DNA of 47,123 bases, taken from the NCBI GenBank assembly GCA_035528375.1, contig DATKYS010000030.1, positions 1 through 47,123 of the forward strand. The letters are read 5' to 3'. The stretch's first letter is position 1; each line of letters opens with the position of its first letter. Origin of the DNA: a bacterium (lineage in GTDB: Bacteria > RBG-13-66-14). Positions 36,483 through 45,029 of the stretch are shown piece by piece. The position numbers and the translations under genes were made by a program. Below the pieces are notes generated by a model. The model saw nothing but the letters and a program-made list of their open reading frames with translations, did no database searches and had not been told where the DNA came from.

Positions 36483-37045
36483 TAGAGGTCGAATGAGACT
36501 AATGTTCCGTCTATCATGTTTATCTCGACCCGCGCTAATTTGTCGAACGTCGGGTTGAAGAGGGTAATCCGCGCATCCGAACTGTACTCGCCGCAGAAGG
36601 CCTCGAATCCGTAACAAACGTCGTCCTCACGTCCAGTGATGTAGCGGTAGCAGTACCGCCCCAGCTCGAGCCAGTCCGCGAGATCGGCGGAGGTGTAGGT
36701 GAACGATATATCGTAGCTGTGATAATTTTCGTCCTCCATAACGGTGGTGCTTCCGTCGGGGTGGACGACGATGCGGACCAGGATGTCGGGGTCGTTGTAC
36801 CAGAAGCGCCAGTAGGGGTGCTGGACACCGCCGTAGAGGAAGCCCTGGATGTCGAGGTATGTGGCCTCGACCCTGAACATGACAAGGCTCTGGTCGTAGA
36901 AGTCCGCAATGACTCCGTCGGCAATGGTCCGCGCCCAGTCCAGGTCGCCCCCCTCAGTCGGGGTGACCTCGGTAAACGTGCTGCACCCAGCGAGGGCGAA
37001 GCCGACGATCAATGGGGGCAGCAACTTCTTGATGAAGGGTTTCAC
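36479..37045 (-). CDS. Hypothetical lipoprotein, paralog A of a tandem pair
   Basis: Lipobox GFALAGCS. Shares LDWARTIADGVIADFY, HPDGS and EDDVCYGFEAFCGEY blocks with the upstream paralog. GTG start overlaps the stop of 37045..37608 by 1 nt. Confidence 0.6.
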   Translation of the reverse strand: MKPFIKKLLPPLIVGFALAGCSTFTEVTPTEGGDLDWARTIADGVIADFYDQSLVMFRVEATYLDIQGFLYGGVQHPYWRFWYNDPDILVRIVVHPDGSTTVMEDENYHSYDISFTYTSADLADWLELGRYCYRYITGREDDVCYGFEAFCGEYSSDARITLFNPTFDKLARVEINMIDGTLVSFDLY

Positions 37046-37608
37046 TAGTAGAAGTTGAATCCCGTTATTTCGCCGGTTTGGGCAAGGAGATACGCCACGG
37101 CCAACCTTTCAAGATCAACATCATAAAGGCCGACCGCTACTAAATCGCAATTATCCATTTCCTCTTCACACCAGCAGTTCATTACATAGCAGACGTCGTC
37201 CGTCAGGCCGGTTAACTCCCGATACACGCGAGAGGCGGTCCGCAGCCACGAGGCGACGGCCTCGGAGCTGTACGTTGAATTTAGCGGAGATGCACCGTAG
37301 CCGTCAAACTCGAAGATGGAATACCGGCCGTCGGGGTGGATGATGACCCACAGCAACGTGTACGAGCCGTCGGAGTAGTACACGTCCCACTCGGGGAAGG
37401 GTATATCCTCGTACAGGTCGCCTGAAATATCCAGGTATTCGGCGCCAAAGGACGACACGTACCAGTGCTCGCCGTAGGCCAGGTCCACGGCGTCGCGGGC
37501 GATGGCACTGGCCCAGTCCCAGCCGGTGAGCCCGCCGTCCGCGCCGACGCCCAGGTCACACGCCAGCGCCATGAGCCCCACGAGCACGATGAGCCGGGTG
37601 ATGCGCAT
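37045..37608 (-). CDS. Hypothetical lipoprotein, paralog B of a tandem pair
   Basis: Lipobox LMALACDLG. WDWASAIARDAVDLAY, IIHPDGRY and TDDVCYVMNCWCEEE. About 30% identity to paralog A over the full length. Confidence 0.6.
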   Translation of the reverse strand: MRITRLIVLVGLMALACDLGVGADGGLTGWDWASAIARDAVDLAYGEHWYVSSFGAEYLDISGDLYEDIPFPEWDVYYSDGSYTLLWVIIHPDGRYSIFEFDGYGASPLNSTYSSEAVASWLRTASRVYRELTGLTDDVCYVMNCWCEEEMDNCDLVAVGLYDVDLERLAVAYLLAQTGEITGFNFY

Positions 37609-37635
37609 CGAATCCCCCAGAAGATTTCAACAGGT

Positions 37636-37664
37636 ATTATAATCAACCTCCGGGTGCTACGCAA
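37636..37664 (-). promoter_or_regulatory. Promoter for the lipoprotein pair (minus strand)
   Basis: On the minus strand: TTGCGT, 17-nt spacer, TATAAT. The -10 is perfect, 20 nt upstream of ATG 37608. Confidence 0.45.
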
Positions 37665-37679
37665 CGGATAACTCATCTG

Positions 37680-38195
37680 ATGCACGTACCAACTGAAAGC
37701 TACATCGCCCTGGACGTGGAGACCACGGGGCTGGACGCGGGGCTGCACCGGGTGGTGGAGATAGCCCTGGTGCGCTTCGAGTCCGGCGTCGAGACGGACG
37801 CCTGGAGCAGCCTGGTCAACCCGGGGTGCAACATCCCGCCGGATGCGACGGCGATTCACGGGATAAGCGACCGCGACGCGGCCGGTGCGCCGACCTTCGC
37901 CGCGCTCGCCCCCGTCGTCGCCGGGCGGATGGCCGGGTTTCCGCTCCTGGCCTACAACGCCCCCTTCGATTTCGGTTTTTTGCAAATCGAGATGGCCCGC
38001 GCGGGGAGGACGATTCCGCCGCTGGCCGCCTGGTTGGATCCCCTGCCGTTGGCGCGGGCCAGGCTCTCCTACGGCCGGGCGACGCTGGAGATCGCCTGCC
38101 GCGAGTTCGGCATCCCCCTGCCTCGGGCGCACCGGGCAGCCGCCGACGCGCGGGCGGCGGGGCTCCTGTGGCTCAAGCTCACCGGGGCTAATTGA
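37680..38195 (+). CDS. DnaQ-like (DEDDh) 3'-5' exonuclease domain protein
   Basis: Exo I YIALDVETTGL, Exo II LLAYNAPFDFGFL, Exo III AHRAAADARAAGLL. Confidence 0.8.
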   Translation: MHVPTESYIALDVETTGLDAGLHRVVEIALVRFESGVETDAWSSLVNPGCNIPPDATAIHGISDRDAAGAPTFAALAPVVAGRMAGFPLLAYNAPFDFGFLQIEMARAGRTIPPLAAWLDPLPLARARLSYGRATLEIACREFGIPLPRAHRAAADARAAGLLWLKLTGAN

Positions 38196-38413
38196 GACTC
38201 TGTCGGGATGAAATTCCGTACTCGACCGTCTATACTGCGTTGACCGGTGGGTATGGGAACCTCCCCACCGACCGTCGGCCCCGGGGCTCCCCCTCACGTG
38301 AGACAAGGAGACTGCGATGGACGGCCTCTTCGGGATTCTCGGCATCGAGCACGAGCGCCGGCCCTTCCGGTCGGGACGAGTTGGGGCCCGGTAAGCCTGA
38401 GCGGTTGGCTCGA

Positions 38414-38441
38414 GGGTGGTCCGCGGACCGCCCTTTTTTTA
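38414..38441 (+). terminator. Strong rho-independent terminator
   Basis: gggtggtccgcggaccgccc followed by seven T residues. Confidence 0.8.
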
Positions 38442-38456
38442 GCCCGCCGGTCGCGG

Positions 38457-38485
38457 TTGACACACCGCATTTCGGTGCATAGACT
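38457..38485 (+). promoter_or_regulatory. Consensus-like sigma70 promoter of the que operon with an embedded palindrome
   Basis: TTGACA (38457-38462), 17-nt spacer, TAGACT (38480-38485). The spacer contains the inverted repeat CACCG-cattt-CGGTG (38463-38477), a candidate operator. Confidence 0.6.
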
Positions 38486-38536
38486 TGGACCGCCTCCGCC
38501 GAAGGAGTTTTACTGGATCATCTGCCCCTGACACTC

Positions 38537-40444
38537 TTGAAGCTGCGCGACGGTCGCCTGGTTCCCTACGACAAGGAACGGGTCTCGGCCCAGGTGATGG
38601 CCGCCGCCCAGGCCGTCGGCATGGAGGACCCCCTCTGGCCCGCCGAGGTGGCCGAGGCGGTCACGCTCTACCTGCGGCGCAAGACCGCCACCGGCGTCCC
38701 CACCGAGGAGCAGCTCGAGGACGCCGTGGTGAAAATCCTGCTGCGCACGGGCCATGTGGACATGGCGAAGGCCTACGTCCTCTACCGCAGCCAGCGGCGG
38801 CTGGAGGAGGCCCAGGTCTTCGATCATCGCCTGACGACCCACCAGCTCGACCTGTTGGAGACCAACGAGGGGTCCATCCTGGTGCGGGACCTCTCGGGGG
38901 AGCTCTTCCCCTGGTCGCGCCAGGGGCGTATCTCGGCCATCGTCATCAACTCCGGCCTCGACCCGTCCATCGCCGAGCAGCTCGTCCTGGAGGTCGAAAA
39001 GATGCTCCGCGAGGCCAAGCTGTTTCCCGTTCCACTTCCCGTCATCCTCTCCCTCCACGCCCTGAAGCTCATCGAGCTTGGCGCCGGCTCCTACGCGGAC
39101 ATTGATCCGGTGGCGGTGCCGGCCCAGCTCGTCCGGAGTGCGCTCACCCAGGGGCGTATCGAGGACCGGACGCCCCGGGAGGCCGTCGAGACCTCCGGCG
39201 GCTACATCGTCGGGCAGTACGCCGTCTCCAACGTGTATCCCAAGTCGGTCCGCTACGACCACTACCACGGCAGCCTGCAGATTCGGTCCCCCCAGATGGT
39301 CAACCGCTTCCTCTCGGCCGGGTGGAGCCCGGAGGTGGGCCCGGAAATCGGTCTGGGGAGCTACACCACGGAGAGATGGCTGGAGCTGATGAGCCTGCCG
39401 GACCGCCTGGCACCCTATTTTTCCCGGATGGAGCTCCCGCGGTTCGACGTCCTCCTGGCGCGGCTGGGAGCCGGTTCCGGGATGGTGGACCTCGACGTCG
39501 CCGCCATGCTGGGGTTGCGTTTCTGGCCGTCCTCTACGGAGCGCCTGGTCATCGGCCTCGGCGCCGGGCTGGACACCTCGTCCGACCTCGCCGCTTACTC
39601 CCTGACCGTCGCCGGGCTGGTGGACCGTATGGACCGGCGGGTCGAGCTGGTAGTCGAGGTGGGGGAATCCTCCGACGAGGGATTCGTCGCAAAACTGGTG
39701 GAGGCCTCCGGGCGGGCGTGCCTGCGCTTCACCCGCCCCCGCGAGGTGCAACCTACGCCGAAGGCCGGGGCGGGGGACGTGCTCCGCAGCCCCGTGGCGA
39801 GCCGGGTGGCGGTCAACCTCCGGCGCGTCTCCACCTCCGGCGCGGGCAAGGCGGACCAGTTGGGAATCGAGGTCATCGGCCACGCCCTGGAGGCGGCCCG
39901 GGTGAAGGCCGATTTCCTGCGGTCGGTGGCCGGACGGCGCTCGTCCGGGGTGCTCGGAGGGCTGGTGGACGGCCTGGGTCTCGACTGGGTGAGCGCGGCG
40001 GCGGGAGTGGCGGAGCTCGAGCTCTTCGGCCTGGACACGGCCGTCTTCGAGCTGACCGGCGACTGGCCCTCCGGGAACCCGGAGTCGGCAAAACTCCTCG
40101 GGCGACTGGCGAGGAAGCTGGTCCGGGCGGCCCGTGATTTTTCCGAGAAGCTGGGGCTGACCCTCGTCGTCCGCGCCGGTGTGGACCCCGCTCTCGAGGG
40201 CTTCTTCGGGATGCTGGATCAGGTGGTGCTCGGCCTCCCGGCGCCGCCGCCATCGCTTTTCACCCTCTCGCCTGACGCGGCGCACCTCTTCCGCGGGCCC
40301 TACGCCCCGGCCTGGCCCGACGACGTGTCCGTGGAGCTCTGGACCGTCCTGGACCCGGAGTCGGCCCTGGCTTGCATTCGGACCGCCCTCGACGCCGGGG
40401 CGTCGTCGGTTTTCGTTCAGAAGGGCAACCCATGTATCTCTTGA
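38537..40444 (+). CDS. Protein with two N-terminal ATP-cone domains and an about 445-aa C-terminal region of unrecognised family
   Basis: MKLRDGRLVPYDKERVSAQVMAAAQAVG...VVKILLRTGH matches the ATP-cone pattern (hIKRDGxxExFDxxKI). A second ATP-cone-like repeat is ILVRDLSGELFPWSRQGRISAIVINSG. The C-terminal part has almost no Cys, so no RNR glycyl-radical or thiyl signatures. The TTG start is the first possible initiator after the in-frame stop at 38480. It overlaps the queD start by 13 nt. Confidence 0.65.
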   Translation: MKLRDGRLVPYDKERVSAQVMAAAQAVGMEDPLWPAEVAEAVTLYLRRKTATGVPTEEQLEDAVVKILLRTGHVDMAKAYVLYRSQRRLEEAQVFDHRLTTHQLDLLETNEGSILVRDLSGELFPWSRQGRISAIVINSGLDPSIAEQLVLEVEKMLREAKLFPVPLPVILSLHALKLIELGAGSYADIDPVAVPAQLVRSALTQGRIEDRTPREAVETSGGYIVGQYAVSNVYPKSVRYDHYHGSLQIRSPQMVNRFLSAGWSPEVGPEIGLGSYTTERWLELMSLPDRLAPYFSRMELPRFDVLLARLGAGSGMVDLDVAAMLGLRFWPSSTERLVIGLGAGLDTSSDLAAYSLTVAGLVDRMDRRVELVVEVGESSDEGFVAKLVEASGRACLRFTRPREVQPTPKAGAGDVLRSPVASRVAVNLRRVSTSGAGKADQLGIEVIGHALEAARVKADFLRSVAGRRSSGVLGGLVDGLGLDWVSAAAGVAELELFGLDTAVFELTGDWPSGNPESAKLLGRLARKLVRAARDFSEKLGLTLVVRAGVDPALEGFFGMLDQVVLGLPAPPPSLFTLSPDAAHLFRGPYAPAWPDDVSVELWTVLDPESALACIRTALDAGASSVFVQKGNPCIS

Positions 40445-40815
40445 CCGTTACGGGAAGCTTTTCCTCGGCCCACGCGCTGCGGGGCTACGGCGGTCCCTGC
40501 GAGCGACTCCACGGCCACAACTGGCGGGTCGAGGTGACCGTTTCCGCACCTCAGCTCGATGGGCAGGGGCTAGCCATTGACTTCAGGGTGCTCCGGGAGC
40601 ACCTGGGGAAAATTTGCGACCGGCTCGATCACCGATTCCTGAACGAGCTGGAGCCCTTCGACCGGCTCAACCCCACCAGCGAGATTTTGGCGAAATACCT
40701 GGCCGGGGAGCTTGAGTCGAGCTTGAAGGGCGCCGACGCGCCGGTCCGGGTACACGAGGTCCGCGTTTGGGAATCCGAGGGTGCCTCGGCCGCGTGGCGG
40801 AACGAGGAATCGTAA
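40432..40815 (+). CDS. queD: 6-carboxy-5,6,7,8-tetrahydropterin synthase (QueD/PTPS family)
   Basis: SFSSAHAL..CERLHGHNWRVEV..DHRFLNE are the PTPS Zn-binding Cys/His motifs. Confidence 0.85.
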   Translation: MYLLTVTGSFSSAHALRGYGGPCERLHGHNWRVEVTVSAPQLDGQGLAIDFRVLREHLGKICDRLDHRFLNELEPFDRLNPTSEILAKYLAGELESSLKGADAPVRVHEVRVWESEGASAAWRNEES

Positions 40816-41519
40816 TGAACGCGAAGACCCTCGTCCTCCTCTCGGGTGGGCTGGACTCGTACGGCGCGGCGGCCGAGCTGCGGGCCGGCGGTCAATTGGG
40901 CGCGACCCTGTGGGTGGATTACGGCCAGCTCGCCGCGGAAGGGGAGCGCGCGGCGGCGGAGTCGCAGGCGGGGGTACTGGGCGTTCCCCTGCGCGAGACG
41001 GAAACGGACCTCTACCGCGACCTCCCCCGCACCGGCGCCCTGATCGAGGGCGGGCTGGAGGACGACGCGGACGTCGGGCGGTTGTGGGTTCCGGCGCGTA
41101 ACGCCGTCCTCTTCAGCCTGGGGGCCGCCGTGGCCGAGTCCCTGGGGATGGCCGCCGTCGCGATGGGGTTGAACGCCGACGAGGCGGTGGATTTCCCCGA
41201 CAACAGCCCCTCCTTCCTCGCCGCCGCCGACCGCTTCCTCTTCCTCGCCACCGCCGGCCGGGTACAGGCCGTGTCGCCCACGGTGCACCGGACGAAGCGG
41301 GAGATCGTCGCCCGCCTGCTGGACCTCGGCCTCCCCCTGGACCGTATCTACTCCTGCTACCGTCCCCCCGACGCCCGCGGCCGGATGTGCGGGCGGTGCC
41401 CCAGTTGCCGGAGGCTCAAGGACGCGCTGTCGGCGAACTCAGGCGCCCGAGGGGTGGACCTCCTCGGCCGCTTCGCCCCTGCCCCCGGAACCTCCGCCGC
41501 CGGCGGGCGTACAGGATAG
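40815..41519 (+). CDS. queC: 7-cyano-7-deazaguanine synthase
   Basis: PP-loop VLLSGGLDS. C-terminal Zn motif CYRPPDARGRMCGRCPSCRRL. ATG overlaps the queD TAA (TAATG). Confidence 0.9.
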   Translation: MNAKTLVLLSGGLDSYGAAAELRAGGQLGATLWVDYGQLAAEGERAAAESQAGVLGVPLRETETDLYRDLPRTGALIEGGLEDDADVGRLWVPARNAVLFSLGAAVAESLGMAAVAMGLNADEAVDFPDNSPSFLAAADRFLFLATAGRVQAVSPTVHRTKREIVARLLDLGLPLDRIYSCYRPPDARGRMCGRCPSCRRLKDALSANSGARGVDLLGRFAPAPGTSAAGGRTG

Positions 41520-41523
41520 TGCC

Positions 41524-44500
41524 ATGCTGGAGCTCGGACAGGTTCTGGCGCGGGTGCGAAACCGGCTGAGGGCGGTGCGGTGGGCGCGGTGGGCGCTCCT
41601 CTTCCTGGTCGCCCTGGTCGCGCCGTTGCCTTTAGTTCTCTTCGCCGTCGCCGCCGGGCTGCCCTGGTTGCTGGGCTGGCTGGGCTGGCTGGTCGCGGCC
41701 TTTCTTCTATTTTACCGGCCCCTCCTCTCGCCGAGGGCGGTTTCGGCGAGCCGAGCGGACATCCCGCTGGCCGCGCGCACCCTCGAAGGTTCCGATACAT
41801 TTCTGGGCGACGAGCTCTCCTCGGCCGCCGAGCTCCTGGATTCACCGAACCCTTTCGCCCGGCTCCAGGTGCGGCGTGCCGAGAGGCTGCTGGCCGCGGC
41901 GAAACCCGACCTGGGAGACGTCTGGCGGAGCGAGCTCAGGCGCCCCCTGACCGGGGCCTTGGGGGCGCTCCTCGTTTTCGGTCTCGGGGTCCTCATCGGT
42001 CCGGGGAGCTACGACCTGGGTTGGCGCGGGATGTTGGGCGCGGACACCTCGCCGCCCGTCCCCCGGCTCATCGAGGTCGAACCGGGTAACCTCGAAATCG
42101 CTCCCGGGTCTCGTGTGACCGTCCGGGCCCTCTTCGATCACCCCCCCCGGGCGCCGGTCCTCCGGCACCGGCCCCTCAGCGGCGGACCCTGGCGGGAGAC
42201 CGCGCTCGAGCCGGTGGACGACCCGCTCGTCTTCGCCGCCGCGCTGCCGCCGCTGGAAGAACCCCTCGAGTACCAGGTGCTCCACGCCGCCGGCGCCGGC
42301 GAAAGGTACGCCCTCACCCTCCTGCCCTCCCCCCGGTTGAGCGGTCTGCGCCTGAAAATTACACCTCCGGCGTACACCGGCCTGCCCCCCCGCGAGCTGC
42401 CTCCGGGCGAGGGGAACGTCATCGCCCCCGTGGGCAGCCGCATCGGGCTCGAGGCGCTGGCGACGCCGGAGCTCTCCGCCGCCGGGCTCGAGTTCGAGGA
42501 ATCACCGGCCGTCCCGGTGGAGCCGCTCCCGCTGGCCGCCGGTTCCCGTCTGGCGACCTCCTTCACCCTCCGTCGGAGCGAGGGCTGGAATCTCCGCCTC
42601 ACCGCGGCGAACGGCCTCGAGTCCGCCACGCCGCGTTACCGCCTGGTGGCCCTCCCCGACGAGCCGCCTACCATCGTCCTCGACGAGCCCGGGGGCGCCG
42701 TGGACCTGGACATCACCATGACCGTCCCCCTCTCGGCGCGGGTGGCCGACGACTACGGTGTTTCCTCTCTCTCGCTGGTTTACTCCCGGCGGGGTGAGGG
42801 GGGCGGCGTCGGAGAGCCGGAGCGCCTGGTCATCGCCCGGAACCTCGGCCTCGTGGCCCGGGTGGATTACCGCTGGAATCTGACCGGGGTGGACCTCCTC
42901 CCCGGTGAGGAGCTCCTGTGCCGCCTGGAGGTAACCGACAACGACGCCTTCGCCGGTCCGAAGACCGTCCCGTCGGCGGGCTTCGTGGTCCGCTACCCCG
43001 GCATCGAGGAGATAGTGGAGGGGGAGACCTTCGCCGGGCCGCTGGACTCCCTCGAGGAGCTGGGGGAGCGGGAGGAGCGACTGGCCCAGCGGATGGAGGA
43101 GCTGGCCCGCGAGCACCGCGGCGAGGAACGGGTGGGCTCCGAGGAACAGAGGCAGCTCCGCCGGCTGATGGACGAGCAGGCGGAGGCGGTGGCCCGGGCC
43201 GAGGAGGTCGTCCGCCGGCTCGAGGACACCCTGAACACCCTCTACGAGAAGAACCTCATCACCCCCGAGAGCTTCGCCAAACTCTCCGAGGTGCAGGGGC
43301 TCCTGGAAAAGGTCCTGGACGAGCGGCTGAAGGAGCAGCTCGCCTCGCTGCAGCGGGCGGTTGAGAATCTGGACCGGGCCGAGATCGAGCGGCTGGCGGC
43401 CCAGTTCAATCAAACCCGGCAGGAGTTCGAGCGCAGTCTGGACCGGATGCTGGAACTCCTCCGGCGGGCCGAGGCGGAACAGCGGCTGACGGAGCTGGTC
43501 GAGCGGGCGGCCGAGGCCTCCGAGCGATCGGGGGAAATTCTCGAAGAGCCGAATCCCGAGGACGCCTCCGACCAGGCCGGTGAAATCGAGTCGCTCTCCG
43601 AGGAAGCCGAGACGGTCCGGGAGGCGCTCTCCGAGTTGGCGACCGTGGACGAGGACCTGGGCCGGGCGGCGGAGGAGGTGGGTGAGGCGGCGGCGGAGCT
43701 GGCCGAGTCCGGCGCGGCGGAGCTCTCCTCGCAGGCGGCGGAATCCCTGCAGGCCGGCGAATCCCGGTCGGCGCGGGGGATGCTGGGGCAGACCTCCCAA
43801 TCTCTGGGCCAGTTCCACCAGAGCCTCGCCGGGACCCTCGCCGAGCTGAGGTCCAGCCAACACCGCAAGCTCCTCGAGATGATAGCCGCTCAGGTCAACG
43901 CCTTGATTCTCCTCTCCCGGTACCAGGAGCAGGTCGTCGGCCTTATCGCGGGCCCCGGGTCCGCGGAGCGGAGCGGAGAAATCGGGCGGCGCCTGGCCTC
44001 CATCTCCGCCGGGGTGCGCCGGGTGGCGGTGAACCTGGAGGACGTCTACCGCCAGACCGTTTACCTGGACTCGGATCTCCTGGACCAGTTGGAGCAGCTC
44101 GCGGTCAGCCTGGATTCCAGCGCGGCCGAAATCGCCGCCGGGGAGAGGCCCAACGCCTCCCTCACCGGGCGCCAGCTCGCCACCCTCACGGCCGTCGGGC
44201 TCAAGCTCCTGGAGATACAGGGGCAGGCCATGAGCGCCGCTAGCTCCACGGGAATGAGTGAGCTGATGGCCGCCCTGGGGGAGCTGGCGGCCCGGCAGCA
44301 GGGGGTGAACCAGCAGACGATGCAGGGCGCGGGCGGGATGCCGATGCCCATGCCCGGCGGGTTCAACCTGGCGCAGCTCGCGGCCCGGCAGGCGGCGATT
44401 CAGCAGGGTCTCGGGGAGCTCGCGCAGAAGTACGGCGAGATGGAGGGCATGCTGGGTGATATTGGCGAGATGGCGTCCCAGGCGGGGGGAATCGAGGAGC

Positions 44501-44784
44501 TCCTGCGCGAGGGACGCCTCGGCGAGCCCACGCAACAGGAGCAGCAGCAACTCCTGCGGCGGATGCTCGACGCGCAGCGGTCGCTGAACGAGGAGGAGCT
44601 CTCCCGGCGAAGGGAGTCGCAGCAGGCGAGGCCCTACACCGTCCAGCCGCCGCCCCCGCTCGAGGTGGAGCGGCCGGAGGATTTTGGCGAGCTGCGGCCC
44701 GCCGATTCCCGGCTCGAGATAGGGATGTTCCCGCCCGAGTACCGCCAGGCCATCGAGGAGTACCTGCGCCGGTTGGGGGAGTGA
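41524..44784 (+). CDS. Large membrane-anchored protein: N-terminal double-TM anchor, repeated beta-rich domains, about 450-aa acidic coiled-coil/low-complexity C-terminus (DUF4175/BatD-like guess)
   Basis: Two hydrophobic helices in residues about 20-65. Repeated PxxYTGLPP/Ig-like segments. C-terminal E/Q/A/L-rich heptads. No Walker motifs. ATG is 4 nt after the queC stop. Confidence 0.65.
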   Translation: MLELGQVLARVRNRLRAVRWARWALLFLVALVAPLPLVLFAVAAGLPWLLGWLGWLVAAFLLFYRPLLSPRAVSASRADIPLAARTLEGSDTFLGDELSSAAELLDSPNPFARLQVRRAERLLAAAKPDLGDVWRSELRRPLTGALGALLVFGLGVLIGPGSYDLGWRGMLGADTSPPVPRLIEVEPGNLEIAPGSRVTVRALFDHPPRAPVLRHRPLSGGPWRETALEPVDDPLVFAAALPPLEEPLEYQVLHAAGAGERYALTLLPSPRLSGLRLKITPPAYTGLPPRELPPGEGNVIAPVGSRIGLEALATPELSAAGLEFEESPAVPVEPLPLAAGSRLATSFTLRRSEGWNLRLTAANGLESATPRYRLVALPDEPPTIVLDEPGGAVDLDITMTVPLSARVADDYGVSSLSLVYSRRGEGGGVGEPERLVIARNLGLVARVDYRWNLTGVDLLPGEELLCRLEVTDNDAFAGPKTVPSAGFVVRYPGIEEIVEGETFAGPLDSLEELGEREERLAQRMEELAREHRGEERVGSEEQRQLRRLMDEQAEAVARAEEVVRRLEDTLNTLYEKNLITPESFAKLSEVQGLLEKVLDERLKEQLASLQRAVENLDRAEIERLAAQFNQTRQEFERSLDRMLELLRRAEAEQRLTELVERAAEASERSGEILEEPNPEDASDQAGEIESLSEEAETVREALSELATVDEDLGRAAEEVGEAAAELAESGAAELSSQAAESLQAGESRSARGMLGQTSQSLGQFHQSLAGTLAELRSSQHRKLLEMIAAQVNALILLSRYQEQVVGLIAGPGSAERSGEIGRRLASISAGVRRVAVNLEDVYRQTVYLDSDLLDQLEQLAVSLDSSAAEIAAGERPNASLTGRQLATLTAVGLKLLEIQGQAMSAASSTGMSELMAALGELAARQQGVNQQTMQGAGGMPMPMPGGFNLAQLAARQAAIQQGLGELAQKYGEMEGMLGDIGEMASQAGGIEELLREGRLGEPTQQEQQQLLRRMLDAQRSLNEEELSRRRESQQARPYTVQPPPPLEVERPEDFGELRPADSRLEIGMFPPEYRQAIEEYLRRLGE

Positions 44785-44802
44785 GGGGAGCGCGATTCAT
44801 GA

Positions 44803-44955
44803 TGTAGGGCGGGGACTTTTGTCCCCGCCACTTTTTTACCCCTCACCCTTAGTTGCGATGGCGTAGGGCGGGGATTCCTATCCCCGCCGTTTTAACATTT
44901 CCTACCCCGACCCTCACCCTAACCCTCTCCCTAAAAGGGAGAGGGGACATGCGGG
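44803..44955. repeat. Composite repeat: two GATGnCGTAGGGCGGGGA hairpin elements, each followed by a T-run (terminators at 44807-44837 and 44866-44893), plus one ctctccc unit
   Basis: gggcgggga-cttttg-tccccgcc-acttttttacc. gggcgggga-ttccta-tccccgcc-gtttt. Unit ccccgaccctcaccctaaccctctccctaaaagggagaggggacatgcgg. Confidence 0.7.
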
Positions 44956-45029
44956 CGACCGTGGAGGACTCGTCCTACCGGTCGCCCCTACGGCGAGATT
45001 CGCGGGGCATAGACGTAGGGGCGGGTTTT

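Noticed and set aside
38486-38536. preQ1 riboswitch upstream of the queD/queC operon
   Set aside because: The predicted 5'UTR is only about 45 nt. It lacks the preQ1-I or preQ1-II consensus (no UUC/CUA loop with A-rich tail). The upstream hairpin is a canonical terminator, not an aptamer.
38510-40285. 591-aa minus-strand ORF antisense to the ATP-cone gene
   Set aside because: The plus-strand frame has a clear ATP-cone signature and normal amino-acid composition. The antisense product is low-complexity R/G/P/Q-rich.
42502-44550. 682-aa minus-strand ORF antisense to the 1086-aa membrane protein
   Set aside because: It has the same high-GC antisense artefact composition, and the plus-strand ORF is coupled to queC.
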